From the human T2T-CHM13v2.0 reference genome, Homo sapiens: 64,000 nucleotides of DNA. Each line of letters opens with the position of its first letter. Position 1 is the first letter of the stretch. The translations under genes were made by a program, and so were the position numbers. The notes under the pieces are model-generated. The model made no database searches. It had not been told where the DNA came from and saw only the letters and a program-made list of their open reading frames with translations. Location: assembly GCF_009914755.1 (NCBI RefSeq), contig NC_060929.1; one strand, given 5' to 3'. Of the stretch, positions 1-24,486 are shown in pieces.

Positions 1-587
1 ATCCATCATCTGATTCTTAATGGGGGTCAGTGTAGCAAAAAGTAGAAAATTATTGAATTAGACCATGGCTTGTCAGTATTCCATTCACCCAGTTACTGTC
101 CTGAACCCTGTTTATTCACATGGATAGGGTACGACAACATCGTGTATGTCAGGTTGCACTGAAAAATCACTCCCTTGGAAGAAACTGAACAAAGACCTAA
201 ATGCTTAAATGCTACCTTATCTTACATGATAAAAACCATTAGTTTTATTTCTGAAATGAAAGATATATTCATTTTTTCATTCTGGACTAGGGAGACAGTT
301 CACTCTTTTCAATTCCCAGTGTTTTTGCATTATGCTTTTAAGAGTAGACTTAAATTTGTCCCTGCTACTATTTCTCATGTTAGACTGAGTCAGTGTGGGA
401 GACAGATTTTCCTCTCAGTCAGCTTATTTGGCTTTTCTGGCCTGTAAATTTCACTTTTGACTTGACCCACTCTCCTGATTTGTGTTTGGCACTTTTGAGA
501 CCCATTCACTGACTGTCCCTTTAACAGTTGGTTCTGTCTTTGGGTGAAGTTCACATTCCTTCCCTCATATTGTTGTTGTTTAAGTCA

Positions 588-710
588 AAATAATACACAA
601 CTTTCTAGATCGAAAGGGCCCAATATAATGAATTAAATGATACACAACAAATTAAATGATAAATAATACACAACTTTCTAGATTGAAAGGGCCCAATATA
701 ATGAATTAAA
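588..710. repeat. 50-bp direct duplication with a 23-bp spacer
   Basis: 588-637 and 661-710 are identical except for one C/T. Confidence 0.95.
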
Positions 711-1421
711 AATACATTCATAGTACTAAAGAGTTATAGATAAACATGAATCTTCTTTTCTGCCATTCTCTACTTCTAACTCCCATTTCCCTAGAGACAA
801 TCATCATTAATGTTTTATCTGCTTTTCTGCTGTTTCTCTCCACATTTCTAAAATTGATTATCCATATTGCTGTTTTTGATAGTAAAAATTTTGATATTAT
901 CTCTTGACTTCCTAAAGTGGAAAAAGATTTAGCTAGCTCTTTTATGTACTCTTTCTCTGCCAGTTCTTCCTTTTCCTTCTACCTTCCTAATACTTTATAA
1001 CATAGTTTCTGGTTAAAAATACATTCATAAAATAAAATGTGAAGAAAAGCTAAAAAAATTCAGAGCTTTTATTATTATGACCATATAAATATTTATAGTA
1101 GAACCATATAGTATTCTACAATTACATATCCTTTCCAGTATAGCTTTTTGTTTCTCTGGCCTTACTAATTGCCTTAGTTTTTTATTTGCTTCTGTGCCTA
1201 TGTAGTTCTTACTGTTTCATTTTCACTTTCTCTGCCAAACATTTTAGATAATGCTGATTTTTTTAAAACCCTTTATCTTCCTGCTCTAATCTAGAGCAAT
1301 TTATTTCTCCAATACCACCTGGAAATGTCCTTCAGTTCTCTCTTATATCTCTTTTCTCAGGTATCAGATCTCCTTTTTTCTTAAATTTCCCCGTGGTTTT
1401 GAAGAAGAAAGGAGGCATGCA

Positions 1422-1736
<315 letters not shown>

Positions 1737-1949
1737 TGAGTATCAGAAAACATTTTGTTTTAGTCTTACATTTAATTGACAGTTTGCTGGGTATAAAATT
1801 TTCTTTGAATACTAATTTTCCTCAAAATTTTGATGCTATTACTCTGCTGTTTTGTAGCTTTTGGTGTTACCATTCTGATTATTTATATTTTTCATGCTTT
1901 CTTTTTCTCCATCTCTAGAAGCTTTTAGTATTTTCTCTGTATTGTTGAT

Positions 1950-2420
1950 TGTATCAGTAAGGATCTAGTCAGGAAAATAGAGCCTATGCCAGGTGATTCA
2001 ACAGGGATTTAATATGAGGAATTACCTTTAAGATGTAGAAAGAACTGAGATGCCAAATGCAAGAATAATGCAAGCCAGAGATTAGCAACAGCAGAAAGCA
2101 TTACCACCTGTAGAGCTGGAAGGACCAAGGAAGAGGTAGTTTTCCTAAGACTCCAAAGGTAGGGTTGCCCTGGGAGATAAAAGGATAAATGCAGGTTCTT
2201 CTAGAGATGCTGCCCGAGGCAAAGGGAAAGTGGGAGAAATATCCTGGCTTTTTTCTTCTTTCTGGTGCTAGTCTCCCACCAGTGCTTCTTCTTGGCTGAA
2301 CCAACTAGATGTCAGCTGACAGGGAAAGGGACCTGGAGGAGTAATTTTCATATGATATAGGGCAGAGCAAAGCAGATGAAGGGAGGGGAATGAATTGGAG
2401 GGGAATGAAATAGGCAGACA
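1950..2420. mobile_element. Old ERVL-class solo LTR interrupting L1M relics
   Basis: Begins TGTATCAGTAAGGATCTAGTCAGGAAAA, a typical ERVL-LTR terminus, and is purine-rich inside T-rich L1-like DNA. Family and right end are uncertain. Confidence 0.5.
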
Positions 2421-2429
2421 ACTGTACTC

Positions 2430-4098
<1,669 letters not shown>

Positions 4099-5429
4099 TT
4101 GTCGATATTTCTTATCTGCTATTTCCTTTCTGTACTCTTTAGACTTGTAGGTTTATGTCTTAAAACATTTATTTATTTCATTTTGGTGGGGATTTTAGAA
4201 AGAATCTGTGTTTATATGGCTGTGATTTACCTGAAATCTCTTCTGTAGTACCATGCAAGTGTTCAAAGATGGTGGTGCCATTTTTTGTGGGGTGGAGGTG
4301 GGGTGGGGAATAATCTTATCAAAGCAGGGGAAAGAGAGACAGGATGTATTTGAGAGAGCGAGTGAACATATGTTTTGGTCCAAAATGCCCTAGCTCCTTT
4401 AGAAATTCCCATTTGGTTATAGTTTCCTTCTAAGGGCTGCTTTTCTTCATTTACTAACTCAGTGCATTCTTTTACCCTTGTGGACATACCTGACTTCTGT
4501 GGTTCTTTAAAAGCAACTACAGACAAGCAAAACACACGAATAATAATGCATACCAATTGCTTTGCCAGGTAACAACAAAAAGGGTGGTGTCTTGCAGGTT
4601 TGTCATCTTGGTATATGAAGACTGTTGATTTTACTTTATGTCTGGAGCTGTTTCCTCTAACATAGCTCTTTGTTGGCTTTTAAAAATGCGTCTTTCCTAC
4701 ATGGACAGGAACATCATTTAGGGATCCTGTTCCCAGTGTAAGGAGACTTTTAGGTTTTAAAGTAGATTTTAAAAAATTGAGGTGACTCAATTTTAAGGTA
4801 AAAACAGGGATATTTACATAAAAAATAATTGGAGATATTTGTGTCCTGGCAGGTTATTTGTAGTTTATCACAGCATAATGTAGCAATTTTATACCCTTTC
4901 TACAATCTGTTAAAACTCTTTTGTTGTAAAATGAGAGAGAAAAAGGTGAAAAATATTTGAGGATATAAACTTGTTGAAAGGGCCGCAGTTACCTTCCATT
5001 GTACCCTTAGAGAGCAGAGACCATCTCCTCTGAAATGAATCCACTCTGTAGCAATCTCCATTGTTGCAGACAGCATCCTTCTAGTGCCAAAGGAGGGAAG
5101 GCAGGGTCCTGACTGTGGCCAAGCCTTGTTCTTGTTTTTGGGGTAGAATTTGGTAAATGCTGTTTTTATTTCTAACCAGGTATTCTGAGCAGGGGGTGAT
5201 TTTATAACCTTGGATATTTGCTCGTTTGAGGTTAGCAGGCCACCCGTAGCTTGTTTTTTCTCCTTATTTAGATGAAAATTTAACTAATTAAACAAATACC
5301 CCAGTAGTAACCAATGCACAGCAGTATTGATAGGGGGGTGGGATGTGTGTTTGGGCATTCCCTCTCTCCCAGGTCTCCCTCTGACACTCAAATATGAAAC
5401 AAGAGGTTGAGGAGCAGGTGGTTTATCTA

Positions 5430-5938
<509 letters not shown>

Positions 5939-8533
5939 CTAGTTTTGCACAGAAGCAGTATGGGAGGTGACGTTATTTGAAAAGTTATCAGATCATCAAT
6001 AAAATCTTGGCCAGACACTTCCTGCCCTCTTGCCTTGTACAATATCATTTAATTGGAATTGTATACTCCTAGAGAAAAAATTTTAAGCTAATGGGAGAAG
6101 CTAATGGGAGAAATAAAATGAAGCTGTATTTGCCGCCCTTCCAGCGAGACTGCAAGGCTGGGCTCTTCTGCTGGAGCTGCATCTGGATAGAAGGAGGCTT
6201 TCTCCTCCCCTCCTTCGCCCTCACTCCCTTTCTTTAAAGTCAGCTAGGGAATAATTTGTCCATATAAAAAGGTCCTTTCAGGCACTGGAGGGCTTTGCTA
6301 ATTGTATTTGAGAGAATAAAGGTAAACTACAAGTTGGCTTTTAACAACAGAAAAATAATGAGTTCGCATGGCAACATGTTTAATAAGATTAGTTTTATTA
6401 GGAAAATGTAATCAAGTGGACTGAGGTGTTGCAGGAGGAATGGCTGATTAAAAGCCATTCATTTTCTCTAGCTAAAGAACTATCAGTTGGCTTTCAGAAC
6501 TCATTTAAATAAAGAGGTATTAAAATCTAAAAAATATACATTACTCCCATTTTCTTGGACTAAAAGGGAAACTTGTTTATTCCTCTAATCTTTACTTAGC
6601 TTTAGTTGTGCTAAAGTAGAATATTTGAAGAACTTGGGAATCTCCTGATTAGAGTGTTTTTTGTTTGATCGTAAATAAGTATTTGCTTGCAATTGGCACA
6701 TATTGGCAGGTATGGATTTATTAATTTCAAAAATACTATTGAAGTGGTACAATCTGAAAATGTGAAGAGCCACAATACCTGTGAAAAAGGTCTTTTCCAA
6801 GCAATGAGCTTCATTTTGTCCTTCTGAAAGGTAGTCACTGTTTTTTTTCCATTATGTGTGGTAATGTAATTAATTTCAGTTAGAAAGATGTTTTGCAATA
6901 ATGGTGACAATATACTTAAATATGCATGACTAAAATAGCAATGCAGCGTGGGAATATGTTTTATAATTGAAATGCTATGCTATTTTCTTTTTTTTTTTTT
7001 CCTGTATGAAGGAGAACAGCACTTCAGTTAATTTGGCCAGCTTCTTCACAATTGAAACACAATTTAAATTCTTGTTGGAATAGTCCGATCACTTAAAATA
7101 TGGACTATAGACACATTACCAGTTCAGCCTGTAGAAAGAACATGTATCAGCTCCAGCAGTTATACCCATCAGTGTAACTGAAGGAGTCTGAGGCAAAACT
7201 GTAGAGGATAAAAGCTCAGAATTCCTTTTTTTTTTCTGCCTTTCTCACCCCTTCCAATGCCTCTGAGCACCTCAGGGTCTCAGCATCCTTTTTTTTTTTT
7301 TTTTTTTTTTTTTTAACTTGGTGAGGACCTCTAATGCACAAAACATTAGAGGTTCAGTAGAGTAGCTTTACCAGGACATTGCATTTAAAGGAGGAACCTG
7401 GAAAAGGAAGGCTTAAAGTAAACAAATTTAAAGGTGATATTTTGCTGTCAGTCACAGGAGATGAGAGTGTTCCTCAAATGCCAGGATTTACTCCTTTGAT
7501 AAGAGAGCCCTGCTCATGAGACATGTCTTCAGTCAGGCCACTTGATGGCCACATTCACAACTTAAACTCCCTTGCATGAAGTTTTGCATTGCACTAGTAA
7601 AGTGGAAGCAATATTACTCTGCACTTTAGATCATTTGACAGGACCCAGAAAGGCATGCTCATGTAGTCAGCCTTCCAGCTTGGAAGAAGAGAGACTGACA
7701 GGCCACTGCCAGCTTCCTTGGCCACTGTACTAACCAAGGACTCTGGTGTTTGATGCTGACAGCAGCCACAGTTTTTTAAAGTCTTAGAGCAGAGTTCTGG
7801 TTCATAAGGCCTGGCCATTGATGCTGCTATCCATGTGGGTGGATGTGGTGGAGGAGCCCAAGGTAGTGGTTCAATAAATATTAATTGATGGGTATTAAAA
7901 CAATCGATGACCCAAGGGCATGCCACCTCGTGTGCCAGAGACTTTAATTTGTTAAATGAAGTAAACCACACTGAGTTGCTCTTGGAAGTTATGAAAAATG
8001 ATTGTAAAGGGTTTTTTTTTTCTTTTTTTAAGCTCAAGCACTTTGAGTGATAGTAGCCAAAGACAATAGTCCCAGCAGCCGAGTGTAGAACCTCCCCATG
8101 GCCCTGCAAGCAGTGTGTATGTAGTAACAGTTTTAAGTGATATCCTTTCTGGGGTCCAGCCAATTGTTAAGAGAGAGGAACTAGAATAATATATTGCTGG
8201 GGATTCAGCCCTCTTACTGATCATAAAATTTCAAAGGAGCTCAAGCTGTAGGAAATTAGTTTGGATTAGTATTTATCTTCTGATTTTTTTTCTCCTCTGG
8301 GGTGAACTTGCTTCTTGTATAAAGATCTTAAAAAATCTGGCCCCACAGACTGTGGGGAGGGGGGTGCAGAGAGGATTATTTTTTGTATAATAAACAATAT
8401 GACTATTGGCCTGAATTTGAAGACCTTTATTAATTATTTCTTCTACCCAGATATCTCTATGTGGAATAATTACTAAATCACTGGTGTTGGAAAGCTGTGT
8501 TTATACCCTATCTTAAAGAGATTTAATTTCTTT

Positions 8534-8823
8534 TTTTCTTTTGAGACGGAGTCTTGTTCTGTAGCCCAGGCTGGAGGGCAGTGGCGTGATCTCCGCCCAC
8601 TGCAAGCTCCGCTTCCCAGGTTCACGCCATTCTCCTGCCTCAGCCTCCTGAGTAGCTGGGACTACAGGCGCCCGCCACCACGCCCCGCTAATTTTTTGTA
8701 TTTTTAGTAGAGATGGGGTTTCACCATGTTAGCCAGGATGTTCTCGATCTCCTGACCTCGTGATCCGTCTGCCTCAGCCTCCCAAAGTGCCGGGATTACA
8801 GGCGTGAGCCACCGCGCCCGGCC
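8534..8823 (-). mobile_element. AluY
   Basis: Y diagnostics (gcaagctccgc, ttcacgccattc); 18-bp TSD aagagatttaatttcttt at 8516-8533 and 8824-8841. Confidence 0.93.
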
Positions 8824-9467
8824 AAGAGATTTAATTTCTTTGTTAGTCAACAATTCTGTGTGAGATTGACATACCAATTTTCCCACTGTTGCCACACATA
8901 TTATATTCATTTCGATCTTAGGTTATTTTTCCTTTTCTGTGCTCAGTGGTGACATATATTTATGGTAACTGTATGTTCAAGAATTCCTTGGATTAAACAG
9001 ATTTCAGATGTGGTTTATTTGACCTCTCAGTGCACATATATTTTTGTTAACCACTTGACTCTCCCTATCAGCACACATATAGTTAAGCCTGAAGATGGTT
9101 GGTGATTGAACCCATATATGCACCCTCCAGCACTCCGTGAGCTCCTTCTCTGGGTAAGGTATTGTACTATGTGCTGTGAGGACAATTTAGCACCTGTGTT
9201 GGGGTTCCCTGGTGGGTCAAAATAGATGAGTAGATATGAGCCTCTTAAGTGAGGCAAATACAGGGAATCCAAGCTTAGAACTAGAGACGCATTAGACACA
9301 TTTAAGAAATAGTGAAATAACCCTGCTTGAATGGATGGATTTCTTAGAAGAGTGGTTTGGAAAGATCTGTGTCTTTTTGAAATTTGTTCCTTCCTTGACT
9401 GCCAAAACACCATCATCTCCAAGTTCTATACCTACATTGCCGCATCCTTCTTTGTCTTCTTTGATGA

Positions 9468-13699
<4,232 letters not shown>

Positions 13700-15375
13700 G
13701 TAGTTCATTCTTTTTCAAAAAGTTGCTGAGTAATACTATGTTGTTTAAATACGCCATGATTTGTTTATCTATTCTTCTGTTGATGGATGTTTTTTTTTTT
13801 CCAGTTTGGAACTATTGTGACCGAAGCTGCAATGAGCATTCTTGAATACGTTTTTTTGCGGACCCATGCTTTCATTTCTGTTGAGTAAACATCCAGGAAT
13901 GGAATTGCTGAGTCATAGCATAGATGCAAGTTTAACTTTATAAGAAGCTGTCAAAGTAGTATCATTTTACATTCCAACCAGCAATGTATGGAGTTACAGT
14001 TGTTCTACAACCTCATTTACACTTGGTGGTGTCAGGTTTTTAATTTTAGCTATTCTGATGGATGTAAAATGCTACCTTGCTGTAGTTTAAATTATATTCT
14101 GATGACTAGTGGTTTTGAGCTACTTTTCATGTGCTTGTTGGCTACTTCACTTTTGTGACCGGTCTGCTGAAATACTTTGCTTATTTAAAAATTAGCCTGT
14201 CTTTTTATTGTTGTTTGAAAGATTTCTTTTTTATATATTCTGGATATAAGTCAGATATCTGTATAGTGAATATGTTCTCTGTCTTTCACCTGCATTTTAA
14301 TATTTTAACTGCGCTTTTTGATGAGCAGTGGTTTTTTTTTTTTTAAATTTAGATGTAGTCAGTTTTTTTAATGTTCTGCTTTTTTGGTATCATCTTTAAT
14401 AAAAATCTGCCAACCCTAAAGTCACAAAGATATTTTCTGGTTTTCTTTCAGAGCTTCATGAAAGTTTTGGCTTTTATATTTAGGTCTGTGATCTGTCTCA
14501 AGTGAATTTTTGTATTTGCTGTGAGGTAGGAATCAAGTTTTAGTTTTTTCCCATCTTTTTCTGTTCTGCCACAATGCATTGAAAATGCTTTGTTTCTCCC
14601 ATTGTCTTGCTCAGGTGCCTTCGTCAAAACTCAAGTGACTATTTTAAGTGCGGTTCTTAGACTCTTTATTCTGTTCCATTTATCTATTTGTCTATTCTTA
14701 CACCAGTTCTACACTGTCTTGAAAACTGTAGCTTTGTAGCAAATATTCAAATCTGGCAATGTGAGCCCCCTAATTTGTCCTTCTCTTTGAAAAAATTTTG
14801 CCTACTGTAAGTTTTTTCCTTTTTATATATAAATCAACTTGTCAATTTGATTTAAGAATCAACTTGTTAGTTTCTAAAAAAAAAAATCCTGGATTTTTGA
14901 TTTGGATTGTATTGATCTGTACACCAATTTGGGGGAAAACTGACATCTTAAATATACTGAGTCTTTCAATCCATGAACATGAGATACTCCTCCATTTATT
15001 TGGGTCTTCTTTATCTCAGCAATGTTTATAGTTTTCTGTGTAAAGATCCTGCACATTTCTGATTTTTAAAAAAAATAATTTTTTGTCTTTTGCTGCTATT
15101 GGACACAGAATAAAACAACCATTTCCAATTGTTCATTGCTAGTATATAGAAATACAGTTGATTTTTATATACTGGTGTTTGTTTCTGTTCTTTAGATTGA
15201 GATATTTTCTATTGTTATTTCTTCAAGATCACGGACTCTTCTGCTGTCTCTAATCTGCTTTTAAGCCTGTCTAGTGACTATTTCCTTTTTCAATATTGTA
15301 CTTTTCAGTTCTATAATTTCTATTTTTTTTTAATATAGCTTTCATTTCTCTGCTGAGATTACTCATATGGTAACT
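13700..15375 (-). mobile_element. Old L1M fragments (3' ORF2/UTR, then an ORF1-region piece)
   Basis: Degenerate antisense L1 phrases such as ggaatggaattgctgagtcata and ctttcaatccatgaacatgaga. Confidence 0.75.
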
Positions 15376-15393
15376 CTCTTTGGCTATCTTTTT

Positions 15394-17285
<1,892 letters not shown>

Positions 17286-17296
17286 GCCCATCTTTT

Positions 17297-18851
<1,555 letters not shown>

Positions 18852-19095
18852 TTAATCTGATACAAACTATGCCACCACTACTGGAATGCTCTTTTTAAAA
18901 CATAACAATAATTCTACTAATCACACCAAAAAGTTGCCAATGATTCCTTAATTTTACCCAAATGCAGGGAATTAAGTTTCTTGTGAGGGAGATAATATTT
19001 AGTTTAGCTTTTTTCTTTTTTTTATAGCAAAGTTGATAGAAAAGCTTTCAAAAAAATGAGTTTACTCATTCCCTGGCTGAGAAGCATATTGTTAC

Positions 19096-19141
19096 TAGGT
19101 TGGTGCATTAAAAGTAATGGTAAGTACCGCAATTGCTAATA
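19096..19141. mobile_element. Internally deleted MADE1 (Hsmar1 MITE) remnant
   Basis: taggttggtgca...aaaagtaatgg...accgcaatt matches pieces of the MADE1 TIR. Confidence 0.6.
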
Positions 19142-19758
19142 GTTATAGCGTGAGCATCCCTGTCTTGGTGTTAAAGCCTGGAAGTCTTCCCCTTGGCAGC
19201 AGCTGCTGAGCCAGTTTTATGGTAATCTCAGGTATTCAAGACATGGTCAAGAGCAAAGAAGTATGTGACAAAGGCCTCTGAGCAGCTAAAATAGACATAT
19301 AATCAATTAATTTCATCACAGGGGAATCTTTCAAATCCTCACTTGGAACCTATTTACCCCAATTTTAAGTACAGCTATAACAAGCCTTGTGATTTCTTCC
19401 CCTAGCTTATAGAACATTAGTGGGAGTGAGTGAGAGAGGGGATGATGGCATGCTATGGGCAGGCACGATGACAGTGGCAGGAAGTGACTGGTGACAGCAG
19501 CATTAACTCCAGTGAGTGCAGTTTCTGTATTTGACGCAGGGCTAGGTCCCAGTGTAACAAAGATACCTGAGGTTTGGCTTGTGCATCAGGGAGCTTGTGC
19601 AGTATCGGGAACACAGATGCGCAAAAGTGCAAAATGGACTGGTGAGTGAAACAATAACAAATTTTCACTGAGTGCAGTTATGGAAGGAAGGAGGAATTGG
19701 ATGGTTCAGAGACGACTTCAGTGAGAAGAAGTTCGCTGGCTCACATAAGGTTGATCTC

Positions 19759-20197
19759 TGTGTCCGTAGGGGTCTTTGGAGGATACAGATGACACATTGA
19801 AAGGGAATCAAACGGAATCTATAAATAAAGGCACTATTTACAAAGCTATGTTTAGGAAAACCTACAAAGGATGGTTAAGAACCCCAGGGCCTGTGAACAT
19901 GGTGGGAAGCTGTGACCTTCCCTAGACCAGAAGGAGCAAGAGGAGGAAAAGTTACCAGAGCCTGCAAGGCCTGTGGCAGTGGGGGTTGCGGGGGGAACTG
20001 CCTGTGGCATCTGGTCTGGGAGAGCAGCCCCTGGCATCCCACCTTTATCTCCTCTGCCCTCTCACCTCCTGCTAATCCAACCGGAAGCCAGAGGATGGCG
20101 GGGGTGCCCATTGGTGCTGTGGGTATATATCAGCACAGAGCTGGCTGGAGAAGGGCGGGAAGTGGACTGGAGGAGTAACCTGAGAATATCCAGCAAA
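19759..20197. mobile_element. Probable old ERVL-class LTR
   Basis: TG start, actatttacaaag motif and gagaatatccagca end typical of LTR16/33-group elements; by eye. Confidence 0.4.
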
Positions 20198-21329
20198 GTT
20201 GAGTAGAATTTTGTACTCTAGAGGTCCCTAGCAGGAAGGGGACCAGCAGCCAAGGGGAGAAAGCATGGCAGGAAAGAGTGAGGGTCATCAGCTCATGTTC
20301 CACTAGTGTGGACGAAAAAATAATATCTGAAAAACACAAGTCTGGTGTCAGCATTGTATAGACAGCAGAATCCCAACCTCAATAGTGGTGGAGGCAACTG
20401 GACTGCTCATGATTGTAGCATTACATATGACAGTCAGCATGTTTCTGTTACCAAGACAGCAATGTCTGCGGTTCATTTTAGGAGCATTTCCAATCAAAGG
20501 TCTTTAGATTATATAAAAAGTTTTGATACTTAGAGAAATGACATTAAGGAACCTGGAAAATTTGCTTATTTGTAACATCTCTTTTTCCTAATGAGACTGG
20601 GTAAATGAAGTTTTACTACATTTATTATTATTATTATTGTTATTTATCAAGGTTATTACTGTAATTATCACTCCAGAACAAAGACCCTTCAAAACCAAAG
20701 TCATCTTATTTCATAGTGAGTGCTAGTTGGAAAACATTTAATCAGTAGATCTTTTATTACCTGGTGGAGCTGCTGATGTGTTTAGCTGCTATGTGAGGTA
20801 GGACGCTCATCCTTCACGTCTGGCTTATTTAGAGATATCTTTGGTGAGTTCACAACTTAGCAGAAATCCTGATTCACTTGACCTGAGTCAAGCTGTTGTT
20901 AGCTGTTGGTTTAAAGACCAGGTTGAGATGAGGGACAATTAGCTTGTTGTCTTACGTACTGTTTTGTCCTTTCTCTTCCATCTTCTGCCCTCTCATTCCC
21001 TCTCCAGGTGCAGTTTCTGTTCCTCCCTCACCCTGATGATGGGTTGGAGGTCAACTCAGTCACAGCAACTGAAGGACATTGTCAGTCTTAGTCTTGTGTC
21101 ATTTGTCTCTCACAGCATACATGCTCACTTGTAGAGCCACCCAAGTATTGGCCAATTAAAAACACAAACTGGAGCACAAAACTGTTTTATCATATTTGCT
21201 GGCTGAACAAATGTGTCAATAGGATAAATGTTATAACTGGGCAAGCCAGCTTTAGACTCTTAAAAACTTGCCCACTCAACGTTTTCTTGAGTTTTGACCC
21301 CATCCACTGACCAAGATCTCTTTTTCCTG

Positions 21330-21470
21330 TTCGGAGGTTGGTCAGACTCTCTGTCATAGGATAATAACAGTACCCATCTATGAATGTTTTGTAAGGTGCA
21401 ACAGAACTCAAGCTATGTTTACATAACTCCTAGCATATAGTAGGTGTTCAATAAAAGTTGGCTATTACAA
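21330..21470 (+). mobile_element. MIR fragment
   Basis: ggataataacagtaccc...tagcatatagtaggtgttcaataaa matches the MIR core and 3' end. Confidence 0.7.
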
Positions 21471-24147
21471 TTATTGCCCAGCAGTGAAGAGAACTGCTTG
21501 ACTTTGTTTAATTTAGCATTTTGTAAACCTGCTTAACCAAAATACTTCTATTTCTAGAACCATTCATTAACATTTCAAGGAAGGCTACTGTTCTGTGGAA
21601 TACAGCTTGGGAAACTCTAAATTAAGAATTGGACAAAATTAAACTGTTGGAGTTGGGGTTCTGGATCTTAGCTTAGTCCTCACCACACCTTGAAATTGCT
21701 TAAATAAAAACAGGGAAGTTTCATTTTAGGGTATAAAGCAGAAATGAAAAAAAAAAGCCATCCATATAAAAACCTGTATTTTTGTTCATCTCTTCTTTGT
21801 AAACACATCTCTAGGTGACTCAAAAAGTTCAAGGGAAGCTGTCCGAAGTTCTCAGGACAAGTTTAAGAGGGTATCATGAAGTCAGAGAAATTAGAATTAC
21901 ATGCTCCTTCTGATTTTGGACGATCAGAAGTAATGAGGCCAGAAATTGGGCCCCTCCTCTTTCCCTGCCTCCACCTCCGTTTGACCTGATCACCCCTCTT
22001 CCTGTTTGTATTGCTGCCCGGCACAGTTGCAGGGTGAGTGGGATGCCTGCTCCTGATCCTGCTCCTCTTCCCGCCCTTCTCCTGTTGGGTTTTGGTTTAT
22101 GCCTTTGCCTACCTCAACTTCGTGCCTTGACAGGACACAGACCTCAGGGAAGAGAGGCCTGCATGTGTCCCGAGCAGTCTTGTGGGGGTTGGGTCACCAG
22201 CCTTTCAGAGGCATGTCTGGCTGGCACTGGTGAATCATCAGGGCCTAGGACAAACATCACTCACTTGGTCATCTGAAGGCCAGGAACGATTGTGTCATTA
22301 TGTATGTGCATTTCTCAACTAAGCCTTCAAGAGGGTGATGGGACGAGAAGCATCTGTATATGACGCATGTGTGACACATCCAAAGGGCAAATATATCATA
22401 TGACCATATTCCCTGCATGAGCCTTGGGAGAATTTTCAAAAGTCATTCTCACTTACTTGTGCTCCATACCCACCAATTCCAAAAACTGATGCCTACAGAG
22501 ATCTCCTTGTTGCTTCCCATGAACAAGACCAGCTTTCCTTGCTGAGGTGTGCTTATGCCTCTGGATTCCGTGTGCCAGCTGTGTGACCCTCTGTTGTCCC
22601 TGTCATTACAGGAGGTGAATGAGGGCCCTAACTCTACCTAATGATCTTCCTAAGACTGCTTTTGTTTAATGATCCAGTCTGTTCTAGGTCATGAGAGAGA
22701 AAACAGTCTGCAGGCAGCCACACCTCAGGAAGGTCCAAGTTAATTTGCCAGCCCAGTGCATTGCTACCAGTTCAGAGCTGAGTCCACGATGGGGACAGTT
22801 ATTTGGAAAACTTAGGTCAGATCCCACCCTAAGTAAGTTCTAACTTCAGTCGGGGGAGCAAGAAGTATGCCAGAGGGTTCAGAGATGCTTCCACTATGCA
22901 CAGAGTTGTAGATGAAGACCCCAGCTCTCTCCCTGTGGTGCTTCCTGTCAGTCACCTGCCCTTTGCATTTTCCCAGAGTTCCACTGGGATAAAGGCGCAG
23001 ATTTTCAGCTTAACTTTCCTCAAGGCTAAAATACGTCATCAAGTGACCAAGTGAGAATTCCATGAAGACAGGCCCACTATAGAACAGGAATTGGGGTCTC
23101 TGTCAGTAAGAAAGAGACCTCCCTCTGTTTGGTGCTGAGGAGGCTGTGAGGCTACTTGGTTTATGGCAGTTGCTGCTGTGACCCTAAATTGTACACTTAT
23201 TTTAATGATTTAAAAGGAAATTGAACAAAAATCGATATTCTATTTTTAAAGTCTAGGTACTGTATTATATTTGTAAAGTGTTCATCAAATGCAGAATGTC
23301 CTTTAACCCTCGTGCTATGCACACAGCACTCCCAGACTACTTCCTTCTGCTATCTACCACCTCCAGTGGTCCAGGAGGGCTGGACCAGTTTCAATTCAGG
23401 TCAGAGAAGGTGGTCCAGCCATTGTTCACTATGATGAGGGACAAGCCTATGATGGGCCCATCTCTTCTCTTACCTACTTTCCATCCAAATTTCCCTTTCT
23501 CTCATCTCCCCTTCAACCAAAATGGGTGGTTAGAAGGCATGTCTTTTGCAAGAGAGTCTTGAGAAATGCTGCCTGGCACCCTTAGTTTCCCTCCTTTGCA
23601 CTGGGAACCACTGGTCTGTGGTAGGGAAGGTAGAACTACTGTGTGCTATGCTTGTGTTCCCGTGAACACCAAAGGCAAAGCTCCAGGACAGCCTAGCTAA
23701 GCATTGAACTCGGTCACTTTCTTCCAGCAGCCTCTATCTGAGAGCTTGACAGGATTTGTCAGTTATCCAGCAACCCCAAGAGCTAGACCACTCTCACTTT
23801 ACAGAACAGCTGAGGCCGGCAGCGTTCTATGCTGACTTGTTTGGAACACAGGCATTGAGGGATTCATCTAACTATGAATTTGTGTCTCCAGAAAGAAGTG
23901 AGAGCGACGTGGCTCGCTGCCACGGTTGGGAGCCAGGCTGTGAGCACCAACTCTTTGTGATCAGTTAGAAGATAAACAGCAGCAACAACAGGATTTCTAT
24001 TCAGCTCTCCCCATGATAGAGGATCTAAAAAAACACTAATAAATCAATGTGGCTGGCAGGTGCTATCAGAGAGGAAGGCCGGGGCAAAACAGTGTTCTTC
24101 CATTCTGGCCAGCTGCAAAGGACAGAAGCAAGAGAATGGAGATGACA

Positions 24148-24486
<339 letters not shown>

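Noticed and set aside
6086-6113. Short perfect tandem duplications (also ~32421, ~33227, ~59477)
   Set aside because: 10-13-bp tandem duplications are the commonest small insertion type; no sign of function.
6929-6938. MEF2-like CTAAAATAG
   Set aside because: One base short of the CTA(A/T)4TAG consensus.
7289-7314. Isolated T26 run as an orphan retro-tail
   Set aside because: No TSD or element body visible; simple slippage suffices.
7594-8163. 189-aa minus-strand ORF
   Set aside because: Non-ATG start, crosses a T-run, no recognisable domain or splice support; consistent with chance.
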